From: Camelus dromedarius
Lineage: Eukaryota
Length of the DNA: 64,000 nucleotides
Direction: 5' to 3'
NCBI RefSeq assembly: GCF_036321535.1
Contig: NC_087449.1
Location: 60,760,001-60,824,000 of the forward strand
The translations under genes and the position numbers were made by a program. The notes under the pieces are model-generated. The model did no database searches. It was not told the origin of the DNA and saw nothing but the letters and a program-made list of their open reading frames with translations. Shown piece by piece: positions 32,773-43,315 of the stretch; positions within the stretch are counted from its first letter, which is position 1, and each line of letters begins with the position of its first letter.

Positions 32773-34164
32773 CCTCATCAACTAGTGGATAATGAGCTGG
32801 TTCCTGGACTTCACTGAGGAAAGCGATATATTGGAGCAGTTGAGTACAAAGTGTGGGCTCTGAGGCTCTTTCTCTTGGGTGAATTACTTACTGCTCACCT
32901 TTTTCACAGGTGAAAGAGAAGTGATGCCCACAGTGGGGACTGAGTGGGATAATGTCTGGACCGTGCTTAGCACAGGGTCTGATGGCTGGCAAGGACGCTA
33001 TAAAAAGTTTCCTGTTATTAGCTGTTAAACTTCAACTGCTGAAAGGCACAAAGAAACCCCCAGAAGAGGGTCACAGCTTCATGCAGCACTGAGAATGCCC
33101 GGCAGTAATTCCATACAAAGCCAGAAAAGATGGGAACGTCACAGCTGAGCCCCCACCCCACCTGGCAACACACCCAGTAAATTAACGATCCCAACTCCTT
33201 TTCAGGAGAGCAGCAGATAAGAACAGGGAAAGAAAAGGGAGCAAAGTCAAGGCCTCGAGGTCTAGCACAGTATCATTAGTACCTGGTGCAGAGTAGGTAC
33301 TCAGTATTTGCTACCTGGTTGTTTAATCGTAAAAGTGATTTACCAGTCAAAGGGCACCTCTGATCTCTATGACGTTAAGACCACAGTGAGCCAGGAGATA
33401 AAATTTCTGCCTCCGTATCTTAGGGTCTTTGGAATGAAAGCAATATGCTAAAGATGAGAGAAACCTCAAAAAAGGAGCCTGCTAATGCTTCCCACCACAG
33501 GACGGAGGCACTGCGATGGATTCCTGTGGAACAGATGGACAAAGAAAAATGTTTAAAAACAAAGCAGGCACATAAGGTCATGAATGGGCCCAAAATAACT
33601 CAGGACAGTGAGCAGACGGATGCAAGCAGCGCATCTTGATGGAAATGAGGCCAAGCTGATAAGCCGAAATAGTTTACCCTCGCTGGACGCCCTAACTTCT
33701 GCTTTAAGAGGCCTGGGCACGAAAATGAGGGGGACGTTAGCATCAGCAGGTGTGAGGTTTCCTCTCATCGGCGGCAGTGTATTGCTTTCATTCCTAAGAC
33801 CCTAAAAAATTGGAAACCACTGCACTTACCAGGAACATGCTTTGGAATGCAGATCCGGAAGCTGTGGGTTTTTTTCTTTTCCCGCAGACACTTCATGACT
33901 CCAGTTTCCACAACAGCAGGCATTGTGGCTCTGCCAAGCTGCTGGAGAAGGGCACCTTATCTGCAAAGTCACGAATCCAAATGGACTACCATTGGCAAGG
34001 GTGGAAGGGAGTTGTTTGGCTTAGCTTCTTGGAGGATCAGAAGATTGGGAGTTTGGGGGGCACTGTGAGTACCTTGTTGTCCTTGGGTACAGCCCCAAGA
34101 GAAAGGTCTCTGGTAGCTTCTCAGAGCTACCAGTGGGGGCTGTGTAGCAGAGTGTCTTGGTAAA

Positions 34165-35830
34165 GGCCATTTTGGTTGCAAATAACAGCAACTCAGACCA
34201 GCTGAAGCAAAAAGGGGATACATATGGGAAAGAGAAGCCGGCTCCTGGCTGTCCTGACTCCTGAGCTTTGCCTCCTCTTTGATTCTCTAACCTTCCTCAT
34301 TTCCTTTCAGTAAACCCCTTTTCAGTTTGAGTTAGCCACCACAGGTTTCTGCTGTTTGCGACCAGAGAATCTTGAGTGATACAAAGTGTCCTAGTGGAAC
34401 CCAAGTGCAGGTGTTGGAACTGGCCTTTCCAAGGAAAGAGACCAGGAACCAGAAAGTCATCAGGAATCAGGGTAACTTGCTGCCTCAGTTGGAATGCCCT
34501 TAGTTTCAAATAACAGAAACCTGGACGTGGGTGGATTGTGAAAACTTGGAGCCCCTCCCAAATGGACTCTGGTCATGTGGCTTGCTTTGTCTGATGAGAT
34601 ATTAGCAAACATAAGGCAGGCAGAGACTTGAAAAGTGTTTGTGAAAGTGTTTGTGCTTTGGGGCTTGCTCTCTCCTGCAGCTCTTGGGAAGCTGTGCCCA
34701 CCACACACAGCCTGGTCTGGCCTGCTGGGTGATGAGAGGCCACATCAAGCAGAGGCAGACGTCTCAGCTGAGGACTCTCTAGACCGGGGTTTCTCATTCT
34801 CAGTACTATTGACACTCTGGCAATAATAACCCTTTGTTGTGGAAGCTGTTCTGTGCTCTGTGGGATGTTTAGCAGCATCCTTGGCCTCTACCCACTAGAT
34901 AATAGTTGCACCTACAACCAAAGTTGTGTCCAGACACTGCCAAATGTCCCCTGGGTGGCAAAATCACCCCCAGTTGAGAACCACTGCCCTAACCCAGCTT
35001 GTCTGCCATTTACCAGACGTACACAAGGCCATCCTAAACCATCTAGACCCAGCCAAGCCAACCTAGACCGGTACAAGTGTCCACCTGACCCAAGGAATCA
35101 TGAGAAATCATATTTGCCATTTTAAATCACTAAGTTTTGAGTGGTTTGCTCAATGGTGCAAACAGGTACACCTGACTACCGTGGCTCAAACAGATAGGGG
35201 TTTATTTGTCTTACACAACAGGATGTACAAAGTTCAGGCGTGATGTGGAGCACAGTGACGCCACCGGGCCCCCACCCAGGCCTTTCATGTCTTCCCATTC
35301 CAGTCCTTGAAGTGAGCTGTGCCCTCTTGCTTGTTGCCTGGCTAATTCCCAACATGGCTGCTCCAGCTCCAATTCTGTGCTCCAGGAAAGAAAAAGAAGA
35401 CAAGGCAAAGCGACAAAGAGCAAAAACTCTCTCCGAGGGAAGACTTGCCTTTTATTCCAGAAGGGAAGCCCTGCCCAGGGCCTTCGCTTGCATGTCACTG
35501 GCCAGAACTGAAACATGGCCAGGTAAGCCTTCAGCTTATAATAGCAGAGGGAGGCAATGAAGAAAGGGCTTATAGTGTCCACTGAACAGTCTCTCCGGAG
35601 GTCTTCGTTTCTTGTCTCTCCTTGTTATCTATCTCAGCTGTCTCTTTCTAAGACTGGCTTTGTTTCTCCAAACACAGTGGGAGAAATGGCCATTCCAGCC
35701 GGGAACTGCACTGGGAGTCTCAGCTCCAGTGCCCATAATGACCTGTGTGGCCACGCCGTGTCCCACTTCCAAATACCAAGGGCAGAGACGCTGATTGGCC
35801 CAGCTTGGGTTAGAAGAGAAACCTGATTGG
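34165..35830. mobile_element. cluster of MaLR (MLT1J/K-like and other MLT1) LTR fragments, interrupted by MER20
   Basis: ttggttgcaaataacagcaactcaga..aagcaaaaaggg; aatcactaagttttgagtggtttg; ctgattggcccagcttggg. Confidence 0.6.
34785..34986 (-). mobile_element. MER20 hAT-Charlie MITE
   Basis: reverse reads CAGTGGTTCTCAAC...GGGACATTTGGCAGTGTCTGG...GAGAAACCCCGG; left flank ctctagac. Confidence 0.88.
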
Positions 35831-36920
35831 TCTGGCTTGGATAAGGTATCTACTGCTCAGCCAACCAGCTGCGGCCAAGAGAGCAGCATTAGGTAGGGCA
35901 CACCTGATTGGTGGGTGCGCATTCTCAGGGAAAGAGGTGTGTGGCTGAGGAGACACCCCCCCAAAACTATCCAGTTCAGGGAGTGAAGAAAAGAAATCGT
36001 CACCATGGGTTGCAATGTTCATATGATAAAAATTAACATGTCTTTTGAAAGATCTGAAATACAGGGGAGTCATACAGGCGTTACATTTAACTGATGCAAA
36101 TTTAAACATTCCTGTTCAACCAAAGTATTTTTTTTCATACAATTTGGCTTCCAAACATGAGCCAGCTACTTAATTACTGCCTAGCCAAATGATCTTTTCT
36201 GGTGCTGGAGATTACTGTTTTGCATTTTGGGAATATGGTACAGCATAAGTAATGTCATGTTCTTTATGGAAAACGTCTGGAATTTTCAAGAGTATTTTTA
36301 AGGTCAGGTGATGCTAACCCTTCTCACTGTGGAAGATGTATCTTCCAGTGGAGTATCATGCAAAGAATTTTTCCTATTCCCTTATAGTTTTAGTCAGCAT
36401 AAAGAATGCATTTGGTTTTAAAATATCAAAATACTTTTATTATGGCTTTTTAAAAATTAAAAAATAAATGATGCTTATGACTTCTGGCTCTTCCTCCCTT
36501 TTTGTTTAGTGGTCCTGGCCATACAAGAAAAGAAAGGAGAGGACAGGTGACTGGAGAGGGGGCAGAAATGAGGGGCTCTCCAAACACCATGGAAAAGGGG
36601 TGTGTCCACCCGGGCAGTGTGTGCTCTTCCGTGACTGGGTACTTGGTCTGTCCTGATGGCTGAGGACTTGAACTACTGGGCTGTCTTGGTGTGGCAGAAT
36701 GGGCAGTGTGAGATGGAGTTAGAAATGTACGTTCCAGACCCAACTCTTGAATTTGCTAGCTGTGTGACTCCAGACAGGCCATTTAACCTCTCTGGGACTC
36801 AGTGTCCTCATTTGCAAAATGGGGAATATAATACTATTTACCTTCTAGGGCTTGGGGGAGGGGTGCCATATAAATGTTGAGTCACTGTTGTGGAAGCGAT
36901 AAAATGGGTTGGTGTTCAAA

Positions 36921-36926
36921 TTTATT
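36921..36926 (-). terminator. candidate FHAD1 poly(A) signal AATAAA (a second one at 36436-36441)
   Basis: tttatt on + about 345 nt past the stop. Confidence 0.5.
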
Positions 36927-37269
36927 ACAGTAAACTCAGATATAAATGCGCTATACCATGGCCCCAACAGTCCTGAGGTTACCGTTCTGTCCTGTAGCCT
37001 CAGGACATGCCCTGGGTTTTCTCCGCTGCGGGTTTCCTGGGGCTCCGTGGAGGTGTGACATTTGGGTACCTCACGATGCAAGCACATGATTGTATCTACC
37101 AGGCCCAGGATTCTGAATTTCAAAATACAGCGTCGTGCAAAGTACCAGTCTAGGAGGCAACACACTAGGGTAACAACCTTTAAAGTTCTAAAAAGGTGTC
37201 TTAGTTTTTTGATGCAGGAGAGTCCCGCTGACTCACGGAGGATCACACGAGGCTGGCAGGATGATGTTT

Positions 37270-37446
<177 letters not shown>

Positions 37447-38006
37447 TCAAACTTTTTTTACTCAAAATATTTGTTGTAAAAAAGATGTTATATATAAATA
37501 CATATATATAGCTACGAGCAAAAAGCAGCTAAAATGACTCACCATTATCATGCTACCCACAGGTAACCTTATTCACCTTTTGGTGTAAACCCTTCCAGTT
37601 ATACACATAATGTTTTCTCTTCTTACATTTTCATCTTTTTGAAACCAGGAGTTTCTGATATGGGCACATTCATTGTGGTGGAGTTTCTTTCTCTTAAATA
37701 AGCTGTCACTGAACTGAACGTCTTATGTCTCTGGTGTCTTAGGAGGAGAGAATGCAGGACATTTGAGGGGGTCTGTCTAGGCCTTTTTTTGAGCACTGCC
37801 CCTGGCTCCCAGCAGCCACATGTGTGACCCTTCCCCTGGTCACAGTTGGCACAGGCTGTGCTTTTCAGATGGTCACTCCCAGGATTCGGGGTTATGGGCT
37901 CTAAGAGGCTACTTGCTTCCAGGGCTGGTCTTTCGCACTGGGGGACCATGAGGTCATCCCTTCCTGCCATGTGACTGGAGAGAGATCAGCAGACACAGGG
38001 AGGAGA

Positions 38007-38050
38007 TACGGTCTCTGTGTGTGCGTGCGTGTGTGTGTGCGTGTGCGTGT
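38007..38050. repeat. alternating purine-pyrimidine (GT/GC)n tract
   Basis: gtgtgtgcgtgcgtgtgtgtgtgcgtgtgcgtgt. Confidence 0.9.
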
Positions 38051-39543
38051 AAGAGATGATGCCTGGGATCTGGTGGCTCACCAGTTCTCTTCTGAAGCCA
38101 AGCTCTCTTTCAGCTTTTCGTTTTGATGAGGCCCTCTCTCCCATAGCCTTATGAAAGCCTCCTCCCTCTTTCTGAATAGGTTCCTATTAATTGCAACCCA
38201 AGAATCTCTCTCTCAGTTCTGTATGTACTGTAGATACAATTGTAACTTGCAAGTTTCTTTCCAACAGGCTTCAAATTGCCATTCTTACGTCCTTAATTTT
38301 TGACTCCAGCCGTCAGGACACATGAGCGCCTGCGAGAAGAAAGAAGGCTGGTGGGTGGTTGAGTTTCAGCTCTGCCACTGACTGTGTGACCCTCGGTTTC
38401 CTCATTTGTCAAATAAGGACCAGAATCTCCATCCTGTCTCCCTCGGGGGTTGAGAAGAGGTTCTGGGTGGATTTCAGTGGAAGGGGCTGTTAGGACCATC
38501 TCTGTAGCTCTTTTCACTTTAAGACAGATTTAAAAATCACCTCCAGTGCTAGACCCGTGCCAGTGACTGACAGGAGTCTTGAATGTGTCTTGAGAATCTG
38601 TGTTCAAAATCATTCAGGGTGAGAAAGGCTAATGTCTCTACACTAGCCCACAAGGTAAATCTTGGTTGGAATGGCCAGATGAAAGGAAAGCGGAGTAAAT
38701 GTTGAAAATCTTTCGCCTCTAAACCACCTTTCCTTTGTATCCTTTTTTATTTGATTTTTCAAGAAAATTCCTGGCTCTGAATGGTCCCCAAATGCCAGTG
38801 CCCTGACCTGGTGTAGGGCTGGGAATTTGTTAAAAATAAAGATTCCTTGGTCCCAGGGTCCTCCGAACCGCAGGTCTGCCACAAGTTTGTGGTGGGAAGC
38901 ACCACAGAGCAAGCTTTGGTCCACTTTTTTGAGTGACGAGAGTGAGGGCAGCAGAGAGCGGACAGGATGGCTGGACTGGGAAGAGGAAGAGGTGGGGAAA
39001 GGGAAACGTGAAATGCAAGTGAGGACATGAGGGGTGGGGGGACCTGGCAGGGTCTGTCCTGAACCCGCGACCACAGGCAGTGACATGCATTCTGCTTGAA
39101 TGTTTGGAGCCACAGCCCCCCCTTAGAGTGACAAAGCAGGGACAGAAGCCAGTCATTTAAATGATGAAATCTAAGCTGGAAAGTTGGAAATTAACTGGAA
39201 ATTAACTGAAGGCATGCTGGAATGGCTGCTTCGGACACCTACAAGCATTGGTTCTAGAAAGATCCCAGTCCATCCGCACATCACCTCAGGTCCTGGTTTT
39301 AAACATCTCCTCTTAGGGGAGGCTTCTCCTAGCCCTTGGTCTGGGTAGGGATGGGGGTGGGGGTGTCCTTGTGATTTATGCTCCGGAGCTCAGTGCACGG
39401 GACTCTGTCTTCAAAACATTTCGTACAAAGTAATCATTCAATCATTATTTGTATGGATATATGTAAGTATGTATTTGTTTATTGGCCCCAGAATTAAAGC
39501 CAGAAAGGCAGGGAGTTCTGTGTGTTTCTTCATTGATCTAACC

Positions 39544-39744
39544 CAGTGTTTCTCACTCTTTTTTTTTTTTTTTTCATTATCATCCTTCTTCTAAGGAGCC
39601 TTCTTAGACATTTTTTTCCTAATCATTTTCACCTCCACGAAATTTGAAAATTACAGATAGCACTGTGTGTATGTCTAAGATTCATACATAAAAAAATAGA
39701 ATTTTTCCCTCTCGGGGGTGACACTGTTCTCATTGAGAATGTGA
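39544..39744 (+). mobile_element. hAT-type non-autonomous DNA transposon (family unassigned)
   Basis: cagtgtttctca...ctaaggagccttcttagacatttttttcctaatc...ttgagaatgtg. Confidence 0.6.
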
Positions 39745-41119
39745 TTGAACCGTAACACCTGGACAGTAACTGCCACATCGTGGGCTCTCAACAAATAGAT
39801 ACTGACTGAATGAGGGTGGGCTTGTATCTTTTTGTTCACTCTTCTATACACAGTGCCTAACACAGTATGTGGCCTGGGCTAGGCGTTCCATGAGTATTTG
39901 TTAACTAGAAGATTCTCCCCTTGCGCATACGACTGACAAACAGTTAGTGAAAGCTGTTAGCTGCAATGGAAAAAATCAAATCAAATCGGTGAGTGGCATT
40001 TTGGAGGACAGAACAAAACCCAGAGGGCCTTGAAGAGGAAGGAGGTGCTAGTTCTGAAGCTTGTTAGAGATGGGGACTCGTGAGTGGGTGAAGCTGAAGG
40101 AGCAGACCGCACGTGTTCCGTCTTTCTCAAAGCGGTTGTGCTGACTCCATCCCCCGAAGGACTCCAGGCACACTCTTGAGAAAGGAGATGCCCGAGCTAG
40201 ACTTGGCAAAGAACCTGGAAGAAACCTTCCTGTGCTGATCCTAGATGCCAAGCCTTTAAGCTTGGGCTGGAGGGCGGGAAGAATGGGAAGCTGGCTCTTT
40301 GCTCTTAGCGGAAGCACCATCTGCCCCCATTCTGGTAAACCCAGAGGTGGTGAGAAATTCCACGAGGCCTCACATCTCAGGGAAGCAGTGTTCCCACAAC
40401 ATCCGGGGCCCATCCCAGTATCTCCCCTGTCATTTCACATCCCCAGGTGGTCCTCAGACAAAACCTACCTGTCGGGCGGTTTCTGCCTCCTCCAGACTCA
40501 ACTATATATATGAATGAGTAAATGACAAGCTTCCAATTATTCCCACTTTGCAGGGTAGCAAAGAGCTCAGATCAAGGGGGGACCTCAAGATTATCTCTAT
40601 CCTCTTAACATTCTGCTTTGGGTAGTAACCACCTTCTAATCTTAGAACAAGGATGTTAGTTGAGAAGAAGCTTCTATTTTCCAAAAATACCCCTCACCTA
40701 GAATATCTTTCTTTCTTCCAATGATAATTTGGTTGCCTCAGAATGACTGTGGCCTTTTATCAAACTTGCATGTGTCTCTGCTCTTGTTCAACGAAAATGT
40801 GTTCAGCTTTCAAGCTTCCTGAGAGCTCGACTCTACTTTCTGCAAAGTGGGAACGTGGATTGGGTTAATTCCAGTTCCAGGGCTGATTTGTGAATGGCAA
40901 TGTTTCAGCACGTTTAAGATTTCAGAGCCTTGATTCTCAACTCTTTAAAAAAAAAAAACTGTATTCTAAAGGATGTTTCCTTAAAATTCAAGAGAAACGC
41001 CACTGCAAATGTACCAGGCTTATTGCCTGGCAGTTTATTACCTAAAGGAGGGCTGGCGAGCGCTCACCTGGGTGTCAGATCTGTGTGGATTTCTCGCTCT
41101 CCTACCTTATTTGTGGCTC

Positions 41120-41275
41120 TGGACAAATAAGGTCTCTGAGTCTCAGAGGCTCTTCTGTAAATTGGGGATGATAACAATACCCACCCCACAGGGTTGTTGT
41201 GAAGCTTAAATGAGATAATGCAGGTCGCATGCTTAGGGCTGTGTCTGGCACGTGTCAAATGCTCAGCACATAACA
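41120..41275 (+). mobile_element. MIR SINE
   Basis: ctctgagtctcag...ctgtaaattggggatgataacaatacc...gggttgttgtgaag..aaatgagataatg. Confidence 0.8.
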
Positions 41276-41347
41276 GATGTGGTATTACTGTCCACGGGGT
41301 TTCCTGCTGACACCCTATGGTTTTCCCTCTTCTCCCTTCTGGCTCAC

Positions 41348-41401
41348 CTGGAAATTTGAGTTCTGCATCTTGTTCTTCACCGTCTCTATAAACATTCGTC
41401 T
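41348..41401 (-). CDS. FHAD1: FHAD1 54-bp exon (RRMFIETVKNKMQNSNFQ)
   Basis: ttctttctgtgttaaag acceptor, CAG|GTGAGC donor, phase 0-0. Confidence 0.85.
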
Positions 41402-42446
41402 CTTTAACACAGAAAGAATATTGACAAAATTTAGCTTATGTTCTCCTTTGCCTTTTGCATCAGAGAAAAATGGATTTTTCTCAGCTTTCAGATGTTACCC
41501 ACTTGGATGGAATGTTGAGCCTTCCTAGATGAGGCAGTATGGCGGTGAGGATTTGGGTCTGCAGAAGGGGGAGGGGGTGAGGATGTGGGTCTTTGTTAGG
41601 GGGGATGGCTTTTGGGCAATGCTACCCTGTCCCACTGAGTCTTTTAGGGATCCCTGTTCCAGATTCCAGCAGAGAAGGAGGCTGGTCAACCAAGGAGGCT
41701 ACACGGGCCACTGTATACTTCTTGGAGGACAGATCTGCGTTAGCGGGAAGTAGAGCCTCTCAGGTCAGTGGAAGAGGCTGCAGGTGACCGGTGAGTTTCC
41801 ACCCAGTGGCTGAGGCGCAGTGGAAGCCACGGTGGTTGACCTCCCTGGCAGGGATGGCCAGGACCTGTCTGAAAGCTAGCATCACCGAAAATCCCGGGGC
41901 CTGCTGCTCCCCTGGGGTCTGATTACTATGGCATTTCCTGATCTCCTCAAGACCCCGCACCTCAGGGATGGTTCACTGAAGAAAAAGTGTCCTCTAGGCA
42001 CTGGGGACGCAAGAGTGAGAGGGAGCTGGGGCTCCCTTGCAGACTGACACTCTGCAGGTGAATGTGCGGGGGTGTCAGGAAGGGGATGTTCTTGGAGAGC
42101 CCTGAGCATCCACTGGGGTTGCCACCCGGATGCCTACAGGGGCCAGGGAAGTAAGAGAAGTGGGTGAAGTGAGCCGGGTGGGGATGGCAGCAAACCCACT
42201 GCCCAGCGCCTTTCTACGGGGCTTGTGGGACATGGGCCCAGTGTCTCATGTCCAGATTTTCCAAGTTTTCCAGGGAAGCTGGAAATCCAGAGTGTTCCTT
42301 GAAAGTGCCCTATTTTGAAATGTAACGTTAAAAAAAAAAGATCCCAGGAGCCAAATAAAGTGTATCTGCGGGCTGCCATCTTGCGACACCTGCTTTCCTG
42401 CCTTCTGCCTTGGTGTCTAGTTGGTACTCAGTAAACATTTGTTGGT

Positions 42447-42562
42447 GGGGTTGCCAGGTAACATACAGGATGCCCAGTTAAACTGGACTTTCAGAATGAA
42501 ACCAAAGAATTTTTTTAGTGTGAGTATGCACCATGCAATATTTAGGACATATTTATACTAAA
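42447..42562 (+). mobile_element. MER53-like hAT MITE, left arm only
   Basis: gggttgccag..acatacaggatgcccagttaaa...ttttttagtgtgagtatg...atatttaggacatatttatactaaa. Confidence 0.8.
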
Positions 42563-42754
42563 TCCCTTAGGGCGTTTGTTCAGGCTGCAGGCGGGGAGGG
42601 GGTGGGGGCTGGGCTGGGGGAGGGGAAGGGAGGGGAGGGGTGTGGAGGTTCCCTGGACCGCCCACACCCACATTTACACTCCATAGGCTCCTACACTTTG
42701 AAAATACTGTATCTATTCTGTGTCTGGCTGCAAGGTCAGAAAACCTCTCCATAC

Positions 42755-42835
42755 CTGCCTCTCTTTCTCTTTGAAGGAACAGTTGCAAGGTGCTGGCTCT
42801 TTGCCATTTCTCTGTTCGAGATCCGCTAAACGTTC
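42755..42835 (-). CDS. FHAD1: FHAD1 81-bp exon (ERLADLEQRNGKEPAPCNCSFKEKERQ)
   Basis: ttttcactcag acceptor, CAG|GTATGG donor, phase 0-0. Confidence 0.85.
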
Positions 42836-43188
42836 CTGAGTGAAAACATCAGGTGAGCGAGAGAGTGTTTAGTGCGTCCTCACTTGTTCCCTTCGGGGAC
42901 ACGCCTCTGAGGCTTCTAGGAGACATGGAGACTCCCTGGAATTGGTGGGCAGAAGGGGCGGGGGGCGGGGGAGGGTCTTTTTCTCTGGGCAGCTTCTGTC
43001 CATTTGCTGCTCCACCCGAGCCACATTTCACTTCATCACTGTGGGCAGGGGAGCACCACCCCACTCCTCCTGTACAGTATCTGCCAGTTTCTACTTCTTG
43101 TTCAGAAACACACAATGGCACAGAGGAAACCAGGATCTTGAGGATACCTAGGCCCAAGGAAATCTAGGAAAATAATGAGTTTAATAGA

Positions 43189-43315
43189 TTGTGGGATTTT
43201 TTTGGGGGGGTAGAAATTAGGTTTATTTAACTTTTTAAATGGAGGTACTGGGGATTGAACCCAGGACCTCATGCATGCTAAGCACACACCCTACCACTTG
43301 AGCTATACCCACCCC
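43189..43315 (-). mobile_element. tRNA-derived SINE, camelid Vic-1 type
   Basis: reverse reads GGGGTGGGTATAGCTCAAGTGG...GGTTCAATCCCCAGTACCTCC; degenerate TSD aatgag[t/a]ttaa[t/c]aga. Confidence 0.85.

Noticed and set aside
33445-33805. Protein-looking short ORFs on both strands downstream of FHAD1
   Set aside because: No convincing splice sites or homology recognised; needs BLAST/PhyloCSF to revisit
42447-42562. MER53 as a possible miR-1302-type hairpin
   Set aside because: Only the left arm is present, so no long hairpin can form
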